The translations under genes and the position numbers were made by a program. This document shows positions 46,316-55,986 of a stretch of DNA of 64,000 nt, piece after piece. Source of the DNA: Selenomonadaceae bacterium. GTDB taxonomy: Bacteria > Bacillota > Negativicutes > Selenomonadales > Selenomonadaceae. The stretch lies in assembly GCA_017518105.1 (NCBI GenBank), contig JAFWWC010000020.1, positions 2,056 to 66,055 of the forward strand, in the 5' to 3' direction. Every line of letters begins with the position of its first letter. The stretch's first letter is position 1. Under the pieces are notes generated by a model. The model saw only the letters and a list, made by a program, of their open reading frames with translations. It was not told the DNA's origin and searched no databases.

Positions 46316-49222
46316 ATGTTAATCAACGGAGAAGAGCACAACGATTTGTGCGTTGGAATTGATTTGGGTACGACCAATTCCGTTTTGGCGACGGTGAATA
46401 TCCGCCCGAACGGAAATATCGTCAGCAAGGTCGTCGACCTGGACAGAGCTGTTGACATGTACAACGCGGGGGTAGGTGCTAAATTCACGCTAAAGAAAAG
46501 TCCTATCCTGCCGAGCTGCGTCTATTACAACGACGAAAAAAACTATCAGCCGATTGTCGGCGACTTCGCGAAGGGCAGGTATCCTCTTCGCCCGTATTTA
46601 GTCGCTAAGTCAATCAAAAGCCAAATGGGTAATGAGTTCGTCGAAGGTTTATCATCGAATATCCCAGATAAGACGCCCGCGCAAGTCTCAGCCAGAATCT
46701 TAGAACACATGTTGCGCAATGCCGCTAAGATTTATCACTTGGAGAAAATTGACGACGCAGTAATAACCGTGCCCGCCAATTTCGATTTCATCATGAGGCA
46801 AGCGACTTTGAAGGCGGCGGAGCTTGCTGGAATTAAAATCAGAAAGGCGGACGGCTCCCCGCGACAAATTCTTTTGTCTGAACCACGCGCCGTTATCTAT
46901 GATTTTATTAATCAAGTGCGCAATGGTGAGATAGCCGACCAAATATTAGATTTAAGTTCGAAGAAAAATGTTATGGTCTTCGACTTGGGCGGCGGCACTC
47001 TCGATATTACTTTGCATGAAATTTCACGACGCGACGACGCGCCCGAAATTTTAAACGTCAAAGACATTGCGACCAATCGTTATACCCTCTTGGGCGGCGA
47101 TGATTTTGATTTGTGCCTCGCTAAGGCTATGTTCCAAAATTATCTCAAGCAATACGCGACGCACTCGGACATTGTTCAAAAGATACGCAACGAGGAACAA
47201 GGCGTTATGAGTCAGCTCCTCAACTACGCCGAGAATTTAAAACTGGAAGTTAGTGCTCAGAAAAGCGACGCGTTCGGCGATGGTGATTCTGGTTGGTGGG
47301 ACGACGAAGGCGAAGATTTTCCCGTCGGCGGCAATATCGGCACTACGGGTTATGCTTACAGCGACAATTTCACGGTCACGCAACTTGAAGACATTTGGAA
47401 AGACTTTATGGGCGATGAATTGCGATTCGACGACTACAAAGACCTAAACGCCGTCGCAGAGAGATTCGGCAAGCAGAAGAATATTATCCTGCCGATTCTC
47501 GACGTGCTAAGCAAAGCCTCAATCAAGCTCGGCACGGACATTAAAGTTGACGCCGTAATCATGAACGGAGGAATGTCCCGCTTCTACATGGTGATTAATC
47601 GCTTGAAGAAGTTTTTCGGCTTTGAACCGATTGTCGCCCTAGACCCCGACCAAGCTGTTGCTCGTGGCGCGGCTGTCTACCATTACTTTATCCACAAGTA
47701 CGACAAGGAGCTTGCCGGCGAAGTTCAAAACGAATTGCCAAGCAAAGAACCCAAACTTCCTACGCCGCCCCCGCTGACTTATTCAAGGCAGAACACCCGA
47801 CCCGATTTCCTGACACGCAGAACCAATCGCAATATCACGGCGGCTGATAGGTCAATCGGTGTCGTCTTCGGCAGCAATATCCTCAACGAAAGTTTTTATC
47901 TGGTAACCTTCGGCGGCAATTACGAAGAGATTATCCCCGCCGGCAAGGAGTTGCCTTACACGTCGAACCGATTCACCGGCTTTAGGTTGCCGCCGGGGAA
48001 AAATGTTATCAGCGTTCCGATTGCCCGTTGCGAGGCGGACGGCAACTACAAAATCATCGCCAAGGGCAATATCTCCTTCCCCGAACGCTATTCCAAGATG
48101 AAGGAAGATGTTTTCGTTACGTTTAGCATCTTCATGGACGAGGATAAGATTATCCGCATGGACGCCGCCACGTGTCGAGATGAACGCGGGCTTGAGCTGA
48201 TGGATCATGGCACGACGGAAATTTCTATCGCGACTGGCTTTGATAAGGGCGTTAAGACTAAGCTAATCTCTCGTTTCGGGGGCAAGGTCAATCCGCGTGC
48301 CCAACTCAATACGATTCGTTCGCTGTGCCGCAATGTCGATGATTCTTTCCGCCGCAAGAACAAGGAAGCTAACGTTAAATTCTCTGCGACGCTCAAGCTA
48401 AACGTCAGCACGATTATTTCTGCCACGAATCACAGAGACTTTGCCGAACCGCTCCTGCAAATGCTAGACGACGTTAAGAACTCCCGCGAAGAATCATTCA
48501 AGCTCCGTTGCGTCATCATTGCTCGGAAGATTGGCTCGGTTTGGACGCCCCAACAAAAAAGACGCCTTGCGCGCCTGTGCTTGTACCTTTTGGACGATGA
48601 GATTTACAACCCCGGCATAACCCTCGGACGCCCCCAAGGCTTGAAGATGAACACGAAGATACAAGCTATCTATACGCTGTCGATGTGCGGCAGTGAAAGT
48701 GATCTTGCCTTGCTGATTAACCTGCACAACAACGACAAGTTCCGCATGGCAAATCTTTTTACGCACGCAATGACTAAAACGGAGGTCGATTGGATTTATT
48801 ACGAGTTCAAGAAGGATTGTGCGAAGATTTTAAACGGCGCGACGACCTCGGCGATTCAAATCTCGGCGCACGCGCTCGGCGTTGCCTTCAAAGTCGACGG
48901 ACGCCCGACTAACTCTTCAATTCGCCGTGAACAAATCGTGACTGACCTTTGCAACGTGATTCGCTCGCGGAACCTAAATAACGTCGAGATTAGCGTTTGC
49001 ATTTTGGCTATTGGAATGATTTGCGACCGCCGTAACGTCAACAACATGTCGCAAGGCTCCTTCGAAGACGCGGAAAAGCTCCTTAACGATCTGAACCGCA
49101 TTTACGACGAAAACTTTGTTGAACTGTTCGCTAAGGCTCAAGACGTGGCGCAGAAGATGATTCACGGCGGGCAACTCAGCGCGGAGGAGGAAGAGTCTTT
49201 GCTGATGAAGTGGGCGACTTGA
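46316..49222 (+). CDS. Atypical Hsp70-family protein (NBD + SBD-beta-like region) with about 330-aa helical-repeat C-terminal extension
   Basis: VGIDLGTTNSVLA, AVITVPANF, VMVFDLGGGTLDITL, LLGGDDFD, VIMNGGMSRF and DPDQAVARGAAVY (Hsp70 NBD). YLVTFGGNYEEIIPAGKELPY...FMDEDKIIRMDA is SBD-beta-like. The C-terminal about 330 aa are helical rather than the canonical lid. Confidence 0.85.
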   Translation: MLINGEEHNDLCVGIDLGTTNSVLATVNIRPNGNIVSKVVDLDRAVDMYNAGVGAKFTLKKSPILPSCVYYNDEKNYQPIVGDFAKGRYPLRPYLVAKSIKSQMGNEFVEGLSSNIPDKTPAQVSARILEHMLRNAAKIYHLEKIDDAVITVPANFDFIMRQATLKAAELAGIKIRKADGSPRQILLSEPRAVIYDFINQVRNGEIADQILDLSSKKNVMVFDLGGGTLDITLHEISRRDDAPEILNVKDIATNRYTLLGGDDFDLCLAKAMFQNYLKQYATHSDIVQKIRNEEQGVMSQLLNYAENLKLEVSAQKSDAFGDGDSGWWDDEGEDFPVGGNIGTTGYAYSDNFTVTQLEDIWKDFMGDELRFDDYKDLNAVAERFGKQKNIILPILDVLSKASIKLGTDIKVDAVIMNGGMSRFYMVINRLKKFFGFEPIVALDPDQAVARGAAVYHYFIHKYDKELAGEVQNELPSKEPKLPTPPPLTYSRQNTRPDFLTRRTNRNITAADRSIGVVFGSNILNESFYLVTFGGNYEEIIPAGKELPYTSNRFTGFRLPPGKNVISVPIARCEADGNYKIIAKGNISFPERYSKMKEDVFVTFSIFMDEDKIIRMDAATCRDERGLELMDHGTTEISIATGFDKGVKTKLISRFGGKVNPRAQLNTIRSLCRNVDDSFRRKNKEANVKFSATLKLNVSTIISATNHRDFAEPLLQMLDDVKNSREESFKLRCVIIARKIGSVWTPQQKRRLARLCLYLLDDEIYNPGITLGRPQGLKMNTKIQAIYTLSMCGSESDLALLINLHNNDKFRMANLFTHAMTKTEVDWIYYEFKKDCAKILNGATTSAIQISAHALGVAFKVDGRPTNSSIRREQIVTDLCNVIRSRNLNNVEISVCILAIGMICDRRNVNNMSQGSFEDAEKLLNDLNRIYDENFVELFAKAQDVAQKMIHGGQLSAEEEESLLMKWAT

Positions 49223-49226
49223 TACC

Positions 49227-49991
49227 ATGGAGACATTAGACCTTGCAACTATGTCAGTAATGGCGGGGATGGGATTTGTAGCGGCGTTCATTGATTCGGT
49301 TGTGGGCGGCGGCGGGCTCATCTCCGTCCCAACGCTGATGTGGGCGGGCTTGCCAATGCTTAACGTTCTCGGCACGAATAAAATCGCGTCTTGCATGGGA
49401 GCTTGCGCGGGCTTTGTGACTTATCTGCGGTCGGGCACTATTGACAAAAAGATTATGCGTGTGATGTTCCCGCTGTCGTTTATCGGCTCGGCTCTGGGCG
49501 TGTTCGTCGTCAGGCAAGTCCCGTCAGACTTCCTGCGCCCGCTCGTCGTCGTCATGCTGATTGTCATTGCGATTTACTCCGTGGCAAAAAAAAATTGGAG
49601 CGCGGATAAAAAATCTGTCCGCGTCTCCCACAAAAATTATTTGCTCGGCGTCGTGTTAATCTTCGTGCTCGGCTTCTATGACGGCTTCTTTGGTCCGGGC
49701 ACGGGTTCTTTTATGTTGTTCTTGTATCTGATGATGGGCTACGGCTTCTTGACTGCCGCCGCCAATGCCCGCGCCGCGAACTTTGCAAGCAACCTAGCCG
49801 CCGCGAGTATCTTTGCGGGCTTCGGGCTCGTGAATTATTCCTACGCTATTCCGATGGGCTTAGGCATGATTCTGGGTGCGGCGTGCGGTGCAAGGATGGC
49901 TATCACCAAAGGCGCGGCTTACGTCCGTCCACTTTTTATCGGCATGACTGTCATTTTAATCGGCAAGCAGTTGATTGAGCTGTTTAAATGA
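49227..49991 (+). CDS. TSUP (TauE/SafE) family anion exporter
   Basis: FIDSVVGGGGLISVP, GFYDGFFGPGTGSF; 254 aa polytopic protein. Confidence 0.8.
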   Translation: METLDLATMSVMAGMGFVAAFIDSVVGGGGLISVPTLMWAGLPMLNVLGTNKIASCMGACAGFVTYLRSGTIDKKIMRVMFPLSFIGSALGVFVVRQVPSDFLRPLVVVMLIVIAIYSVAKKNWSADKKSVRVSHKNYLLGVVLIFVLGFYDGFFGPGTGSFMLFLYLMMGYGFLTAAANARAANFASNLAAASIFAGFGLVNYSYAIPMGLGMILGAACGARMAITKGAAYVRPLFIGMTVILIGKQLIELFK

Positions 49992-50480
49992 CGCCAGAAC
50001 TTTTCGGACGCCCGCGCCTCTTATCTCCAGTCGATTGCCGTCGACGTGCAAGGAAAGCGATTCGCCTGCCGTGATAAAGTGTTTGAACTTGAGCTGGATA
50101 AAGTCCGCTGTGACTTCCGCGCTGATTGTCTCCAAGATTAGGAAGGCGGGCACGATTGGCGGGTTGAGTCTGTGAATCGGATTGTTATCGCCGACTGCCT
50201 GAACGAAATCCGAGACCTCCGACGCCGTGAACACTCGCCAAATCTTTTCCGCCGATTGAATGCGACTGCCCAAAGCAGCCGTTATTTTTTTGCGCGGACG
50301 AATCATCTTGACGACAAGTTCAGCCTCTGCCGAACTCGCACGCAGGAGAATCATTGACGAATGCTCCTTGACGATTTGTGCGCCCGCCTCGAATGTCCCG
50401 CGCTTGAATTGCAACTCGATAATCACGAAGTCGGCTACCTCAGCGAACGCCGACAATTTTTTTGCAAGCTCCCGTATCAT
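49956..50480 (-). CDS. MaoC-like hot-dog fold domain protein
   Basis: VGDNNPIH motif in the C-terminal half. ATG 50480 follows GGAGTGA. The 3' end overlaps the TSUP gene by 36 nt. Confidence 0.55.
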   Translation of the reverse strand: MIRELAKKLSAFAEVADFVIIELQFKRGTFEAGAQIVKEHSSMILLRASSAEAELVVKMIRPRKKITAALGSRIQSAEKIWRVFTASEVSDFVQAVGDNNPIHRLNPPIVPAFLILETISAEVTADFIQLKFKHFITAGESLSLHVDGNRLEIRGAGVRKVLASFKQLNQLLAD

Positions 50481-50550
50481 TAGCATCACTCCAAAAAAAA
50501 TCGCCCGCCAGCCTTCGACGAGCAATTTTTATTTCGGTCTAGAAAATCAC

Positions 50551-51348
50551 TTAGAACATCATGTTAATCAAGTTGCCCATGTTGCCCAAAGCCGCCATAT
50601 TCCGATAGGCATTGCCGGTGTAAAGGGCGGCGGTGTCGAGTTGGTCGCCGAGCATCGCTTGAGCCGTGGGGAAGAGCTTATCGGCTTGGCTGTTTGCGAA
50701 GCTGATATGACTTTCCGCCTTGCCCGCCAACCCGTCCTTACCTAGGATAGAAGAGACTTTATCGGGGTTGTTTACAATCGAGTTGGCAAGTTGCGCCTCG
50801 TTAATGCTCAAGGAACCGTTGCTGCCCACCGTCAAGCCGATTGAATCATAGAGATTGGCGCGATAGGTCGTGTCCCCGAAAGTCGTTGCCATTTGCCCGA
50901 TACGGTTTGAAACGTCTTTGTGGTCGCCGAAGAATTTAACCGCGCTGTTGTAGTCGTCGACGAACGCTTTGACGGTATCGAGAGCTGCCTGAAGGTCTTT
51001 GCTGTAAGTTGTGGTCGTGGTAACGTTGCCGTCCTCGTCGGTCTCGGTCTTCGTTGTGATTGCGCCTTCCTGTTCAACGCTGAAGTTGTAATCCTTAACT
51101 TTGGCGGCGGAGGAGCTAAGGTCTTCCATTGTCTCCTTGAATTCGGAATTGAAAGCCGCCTTAGCGTCGTCGTAGCTTGCCATAACCGCCTTGAGATTGG
51201 CATTGACTTCCGTTATCCCCGCCAGCGAACTCGTCGCGTTGTTCTGGAAGTTGCCGTAAGCATTCCATAGTTGCGCCGCCGAATTCTTCTTCTGGTTGTT
51301 CGTGTTGAATAGCCAGCTGTAGTTGTTGATTCCGTTAATGCCTGACAT
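50551..51348 (-). CDS. FliD C-terminal-like protein (putative flagellum-associated)
   Basis: 265 aa. YDSIGLTVGSNGSLSINEAQLANSIVNNPDKVSSILG resembles the FliD cap C-terminal region (L..IGI....dG.L.lD..KL..AL..NP..V..LF). ATG 51348 follows GGAAGGTG. Confidence 0.4.
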   Translation of the reverse strand: MSGINGINNYSWLFNTNNQKKNSAAQLWNAYGNFQNNATSSLAGITEVNANLKAVMASYDDAKAAFNSEFKETMEDLSSSAAKVKDYNFSVEQEGAITTKTETDEDGNVTTTTTYSKDLQAALDTVKAFVDDYNSAVKFFGDHKDVSNRIGQMATTFGDTTYRANLYDSIGLTVGSNGSLSINEAQLANSIVNNPDKVSSILGKDGLAGKAESHISFANSQADKLFPTAQAMLGDQLDTAALYTGNAYRNMAALGNMGNLINMMF

Positions 51349-51495
51349 TTTAATCACCTTCCTTGAATCTAAACTCTCCTTGAAAAAAATTTTTTTGATT
51401 CTACAACATTCGCCGAGGGCTTGCAAGAATTTTTTACGGCGGCAGGAATTTTAATCAGCGCGGAAAACTTATCACAGGCAAAGGAGATGTTTTGA

Positions 51496-53223
51496 TTGAA
51501 AGAATTGATGTTGGGCAACAAGGCACTAGCTCGCGGACTGTGGGAAGCGGGCGTTGCGTTCGTGTCGAGCTACCCCGGCACGCCTTCGACGGAGATAACC
51601 GAAGAGGCTGTCAAGTTCGATGACATTTACTGCGAATGGGCACCCAATGAGAAAGTCGCGATGGAGTCGGCGTTCGGGGCGTCGCTAGCGGGGCGTCGTG
51701 CCTTCTGCGGACAAAAACACGTCGGCTTGAACGTCGCGGCTGACCCGCTGTTCACGATGAGTTATACGGGCGTCAATGCGGGTTTAGTGGTTGTGGTTGC
51801 CGACGACGCGGGGATACACTCTTCCCAGAACGAACAGGACAGCCGGCACTACGCCATAGCCGCCAAAGTTCCAATGCTTGAGCCGAGCGATTCAGCCGAG
51901 GCTTTGAACTTCGCTAAGCTTGCCTACGAGATTTCCGAGGAGTTCGATACGCCGGTTATAATCAAAATGTGTACGCGGGTTGCACACAGTCAATCGGTCG
52001 TTGAGACTTCGGAACGCGTCGAACACAGCATACCTTACGTCAAAGACATTGCTAAGTACGTGATGATGCCGGGCAACGCTAAGAAACGTCATCCGATAGT
52101 TGAGGAGCGGACGCGCAAGCTAATTGCCTACGCGGAACGGACGCCGATTAATCGCGTGGAGTTCACGACGGACGAGCTTGGAATAATCACCTCGTCGACT
52201 TGCTATCAATACGTTAAGGAAGTCTTCGGCGAGGGCGCAAGCGTCCTAAAGCTCGGCATGATTAATCCTTTGCCCGTGGAGCTGATAAAGAACTTCGCGG
52301 CGCGTGTCAAACGGTTAGTCGTGGTCGAGGAGCTTGACCCCGTGATTGAAACGCACGTCAAGTCATTGGGCTTGCAGGTCGAAGGTTCGGAGCTGTTGCC
52401 GCGTATCGACGAGTTCAGCCAAAATTTAATCGCGCAAGCCTTCGGCAAGGAGACTTCAGCGGGCGTGGCATTGAACGACGCGATACCGGCAAGACCGCCT
52501 GTCATGTGCGCGGGCTGTCCTCATCGCGGTTTGTTCTACTCCCTAAAGAAACGCAAGTGCACTGTCTTAGGCGATATTGGCTGTTATACGCTCGGAGCTG
52601 TGCCGCCGCTTAGCACGATTGAATTAACTTTGTGTATGGGCGCGAGTATCGGGGCGACGCACGGCTTTAATAAAATGCTCGGCAAGGCGTCGGAGGGAAA
52701 GACGGTTGCGGTTATCGGCGACTCGACCTTTATGCATTCGGGCATGACGGGCTTGGCGAACGTCGCTTATAATCAATCCAATTCGACGGTAATTATCTTA
52801 GACAACTCGATAACGGGCATGACGGGTCATCAGCAGAATCCGTTGACGGGTTTGAATATCAAAGGCGACCCCGCGGGCAAGATTGACCTTGAGGCGTTGT
52901 GCAGGGCAATGGGGATTAATCGCGTGCGCGTCGTCGACCCGTACAACCTCAAAGAGTGCGACACGGCGATTAAGGAAGAACTCGCCGCCGCCGAGCCGAG
53001 CGTTATCATCAGCCGCAGACCATGTGCCCTGCTTAAGACCGTCAAGCACAAACCGCCGCTCAAAGTCGACGCGGACAAGTGCATCGGTTGCAAGTCGTGC
53101 ATGAAGATTGGTTGCCCGGCAATCAGCATGAAGGACGGAAAAGCCGTTGTCGACCAAACCCAATGCGTCGGCTGTGAGGTTTGCAGTCAGCTTTGTCCGA
53201 AGGGGGCTTTCAGTCGTGACTAA
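51496..53223 (+). CDS. iorA: Indolepyruvate ferredoxin oxidoreductase subunit alpha
   Basis: LMLGNKALARGLWEAGVAFVSSYPGTPSTEI, a TPP-binding region, and C-terminal 2x[4Fe-4S] CIGCKSCMKIGCP / CVGCEVCSQLCP. Confidence 0.9.
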   Translation: MKELMLGNKALARGLWEAGVAFVSSYPGTPSTEITEEAVKFDDIYCEWAPNEKVAMESAFGASLAGRRAFCGQKHVGLNVAADPLFTMSYTGVNAGLVVVVADDAGIHSSQNEQDSRHYAIAAKVPMLEPSDSAEALNFAKLAYEISEEFDTPVIIKMCTRVAHSQSVVETSERVEHSIPYVKDIAKYVMMPGNAKKRHPIVEERTRKLIAYAERTPINRVEFTTDELGIITSSTCYQYVKEVFGEGASVLKLGMINPLPVELIKNFAARVKRLVVVEELDPVIETHVKSLGLQVEGSELLPRIDEFSQNLIAQAFGKETSAGVALNDAIPARPPVMCAGCPHRGLFYSLKKRKCTVLGDIGCYTLGAVPPLSTIELTLCMGASIGATHGFNKMLGKASEGKTVAVIGDSTFMHSGMTGLANVAYNQSNSTVIILDNSITGMTGHQQNPLTGLNIKGDPAGKIDLEALCRAMGINRVRVVDPYNLKECDTAIKEELAAAEPSVIISRRPCALLKTVKHKPPLKVDADKCIGCKSCMKIGCPAISMKDGKAVVDQTQCVGCEVCSQLCPKGAFSRD

Positions 53224-53788
53224 GAATATAATCATCGTGGGCGTCGGCGGGCAAGGTTCGTTGCTTGCCAGTAAAATCCTCGGACACCTGCTCCTAAGCG
53301 AGGGCTTCGACGTTAAAGTTTCGGAAGTGCACGGCATGAGCCAACGCGGCGGCTCCGTGATAACTTACGTTCGGTTCGGCGACAAAGTTTATTCGCCAGT
53401 CGTCGACAAGGGGCAAGCGGACTTTATCGTATCGTTCGAGATATTGGAAACGGCTCGTTGGCTGTCGTATTTGAAGGCGGGCGGGCAAATCGTCACGAAC
53501 ACGCAGCAGATTGACCCAATGCCAGTCATCACGGGGGCGGCGGAGTATCCCGCTGACCTAGTGGAAAAGATTCGGGCGGCGGGAATCAAAATCGACGCAA
53601 TGGACTGTTTGACCTTGGCAAGGCAGGCGGGCAGTCAAAAGGCGGTTAATATCGTCTTGCTCGGTCGGCTTAGCCATTACTTTGACATATCGGAGGCTTC
53701 ATGGCAAAATGCGCTCAAGGCGAACGTGCCGCCGAAGTTCCTTGATATAAATCAGCGGGCGTTTGAGCTCGGCAAGAAGTTTGTTTGA
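53216..53788 (+). CDS. iorB: Indolepyruvate ferredoxin oxidoreductase subunit beta
   Basis: (V)TKNIIIVGVGGQGSLLASKILG, VHGMSQRGGSV. GTG 53216 overlaps the iorA stop. Confidence 0.85.
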   Translation: MTKNIIIVGVGGQGSLLASKILGHLLLSEGFDVKVSEVHGMSQRGGSVITYVRFGDKVYSPVVDKGQADFIVSFEILETARWLSYLKAGGQIVTNTQQIDPMPVITGAAEYPADLVEKIRAAGIKIDAMDCLTLARQAGSQKAVNIVLLGRLSHYFDISEASWQNALKANVPPKFLDINQRAFELGKKFV

Positions 53789-53802
53789 AGTGAGGTTGTA
53801 TT

Positions 53803-55104
53803 ATGGGAAAGTATTTTCAGGAGGAAATCGAATGCGCGCCGCTTGAAAAGATAAAGGCGTTGCAGGATGACCTGTTGCCTAAGCAGGTGCGCTACGTGTG
53901 GGAGAACGTCCCCTATTACCGCAAGAAGATGGAAGAGCATGGCGTTACGCCCGACGACATCAAATTGACGGCTGACTTGCATAAGCTCCCGTTCCTGTCT
54001 AAGGCGGACTTGAAGGCGGCGTATCCTTATGGGTTGCTTGCGGTGCCGCTTAGGGATTGCGTGCGGATTCAATCGACATCGGGCACGACGGGCAAAAGGG
54101 TTGTTGCCTTCTACACGCAGGGCGACCTCGACATTTGGGAAGATTGTTGCGCACGGGCTATCATGGCGGCGGGCGGCACGGCGGACGACGTTTGCCAAGT
54201 CTCTTATGGCTACGGACTGTTCACGGGCGGTCCCGGTCTCGACGGCGGCTCGCACAAAGTCGGTTGCTTGACTATCCCGACCAGCTCTGGCAATACCGAA
54301 CGGCAGATTATGTTTATCCTCGACCTGCAGGCGACGATTCTTTGTTGCACACCGAGCTACGCGGCTTATATCGGCGAGACACTAAAGGAAATGGGTTACA
54401 AGCCCGAAGACATTCCGCTCAAAGCTGGTATCTTCGGCGCGGAGGCGTGGTCAGAGGAAATGCGCCGCGACATTGAAAAGACGTTGGGCATTAAGGCTTA
54501 TGACATTTACGGCTTGACGGAGATTAGCGGTCCTGGCGTGGCGTTCGAGTGCTCTGAACAACGCGGCATGCACATTCAGGAAGACCACTTCATAGCCGAG
54601 ATTATCGACCCCGACACCGGCGAAGTTCTGCCCGAAGGCACGCAAGGCGAGCTGGTCTTCACGTCGTTGGATAAGAAAGCCTTTCCGCTGATTCGCTATC
54701 GCACCCGCGACATTTGCACATTGACTAGGGAGAAATGCTCCTGCGGCAGGACGCACGTTCGCATGACTAAGCCTAAGGGGCGTTCAGATGACATGCTGAT
54801 TATCCGCGGAGTCAACGTCTTCCCAAGCCAGATTGAAACCGTCCTCATGAACAACGGCTACGCGGCGAACTATCAAATCATCGTCGGGCGCGTCAACAAC
54901 ACTGATACCTTTGAAGTCAAAGTCGAGATGACGCCCGATATGTTTACGGATAACCTCGGCGAAGTGCAAGCCCGCCGCAAAGTTCTCGAAGACGGCTTGC
55001 GGGCGATGCTCGGTATCAAAGCTAAGGTGTCACTCGTCGCCCCTAAGACAATTACCCGTAGCGAGGGCAAAGCCGTCCGCGTCATCGACACTCGAAAAAT
55101 CTAA
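53803..55104 (+). CDS. paaK: Phenylacetate--CoA ligase
   Basis: VPYYRKKMEEHGV, IQSTSGTTGKRVV, YGLTEISGPGVAFEC and IRGVNVFPSQIE. Standard iorAB-paaK-ACT context. Confidence 0.85.
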   Translation: MGKYFQEEIECAPLEKIKALQDDLLPKQVRYVWENVPYYRKKMEEHGVTPDDIKLTADLHKLPFLSKADLKAAYPYGLLAVPLRDCVRIQSTSGTTGKRVVAFYTQGDLDIWEDCCARAIMAAGGTADDVCQVSYGYGLFTGGPGLDGGSHKVGCLTIPTSSGNTERQIMFILDLQATILCCTPSYAAYIGETLKEMGYKPEDIPLKAGIFGAEAWSEEMRRDIEKTLGIKAYDIYGLTEISGPGVAFECSEQRGMHIQEDHFIAEIIDPDTGEVLPEGTQGELVFTSLDKKAFPLIRYRTRDICTLTREKCSCGRTHVRMTKPKGRSDDMLIIRGVNVFPSQIETVLMNNGYAANYQIIVGRVNNTDTFEVKVEMTPDMFTDNLGEVQARRKVLEDGLRAMLGIKAKVSLVAPKTITRSEGKAVRVIDTRKI

Positions 55105-55107
55105 GAC

Positions 55108-55542
55108 ATGAGAACTTCAACCTTATTGCTTTACGTCTTGTTCATATCAATTGTTGCCTGCAGTGTGGTTGTCATCCTTTCCCCAAAAGATAGTCTTCGG
55201 TCGCTCGGAAAAGTTTCTAATCAAAAGAAATACACAATGTACCTCGGCACGAACGACAAGGACACCTTGAAGCAGGAACTGCCGACGGAGACAATACGCG
55301 AGCAAATGCACGAAATCTGCATGAGGCACGCCGACGGCTACACGGTGTCGATTATGGAAGGTTATTACCGCGACGGCGAAGGCAATCCGACTCATGAAGT
55401 TACTTTGGTTTATGTGTTCTTTGATACGCCGCTGGAGTCCGTCAAAAAGATTATGGACGAGGCACAGGTTAAATTTAATCAGTCGAGTATCCTGCTTGAG
55501 GAAAGTAAATCCAAAAGCATTTTCTACCAGAAGAAAGATTAA
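55108..55542 (+). CDS. Membrane-anchored hypothetical protein
   Basis: N-terminal TM/signal anchor LLLYVLFISIVACSVVVIL. No motif recognised with confidence. Confidence 0.5.
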   Translation: MRTSTLLLYVLFISIVACSVVVILSPKDSLRSLGKVSNQKKYTMYLGTNDKDTLKQELPTETIREQMHEICMRHADGYTVSIMEGYYRDGEGNPTHEVTLVYVFFDTPLESVKKIMDEAQVKFNQSSILLEESKSKSIFYQKKD

Positions 55543-55557
55543 CGGAGGTGATTTATC

Positions 55558-55983
55558 GTGAGCGTCAATCAAGTTTCGGTGTTCCTTGAAAACAAGCCCG
55601 GCACGCTGAACAAGCTTACTGAAGTCCTTGCCGCCAACAATGTTAATATCCGTGCGTTGAGTTTGGCGGAGACAAGTGAGTTCGGTATCGTGCGCATGTT
55701 GGTTAATGACGTGTTCGAGGCAACGACCGTCCTCAAGGAAAATCATTTCGTGGCGACCCTTACACCCGTTTTGGCTTATGCCATTGCCGACGAGGCGGGC
55801 GACCTAAACAAGCTCCTTAAGAAGTTCAGCGAGATTGAAGTTAATATCGAGTACATGTACGCCTTTGCGGGCAAGGAACGCGCTTACATGATTTTCCGCG
55901 TAAACGACACCAAAAAGGCTGAAGCCCTCCTCAAGGGCAAGGGGCTGAAGTCTTTAACACAGGAGGAAATTTCTGCCGTATGA
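55558..55983 (+). CDS. ACT domain-containing protein
   Basis: VNQVSVFLENKPGTLNKLTEVLAANNVNIRALSLAETSEFGIVRMLV, with a second ACT-like half. GTG start. Confidence 0.75.
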   Translation: MSVNQVSVFLENKPGTLNKLTEVLAANNVNIRALSLAETSEFGIVRMLVNDVFEATTVLKENHFVATLTPVLAYAIADEAGDLNKLLKKFSEIEVNIEYMYAFAGKERAYMIFRVNDTKKAEALLKGKGLKSLTQEEISAV

Positions 55984-55986
55984 TTA
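55854..55986 (+). repeat. 133-bp direct repeat, copy A (3' end of the ACT gene plus SD and ATG of the methyltransferase gene)
   Basis: Appears identical, on reading both copies, to 56869-57001 (offset 1015 bp): catgtacgcctttgcgggcaaggaacgcgcttacatg...aggaggaaatttctgccgtatgatta. Confidence 0.9.

Noticed and set aside
52798-55746. Long minus-strand track ORFs inside iorA/iorB/paaK and the following gene (52798-53337, 53752-54255, 55147-55746). Similar antisense ORFs elsewhere: 15249-15797, 26176-26754, 28767-29225, 44413-44994, 48974-49396.
   Set aside because: All lie antisense to genes with strong family motifs. They have Arg/Ser/Pro-rich shadow-type composition and lack SD sequences.
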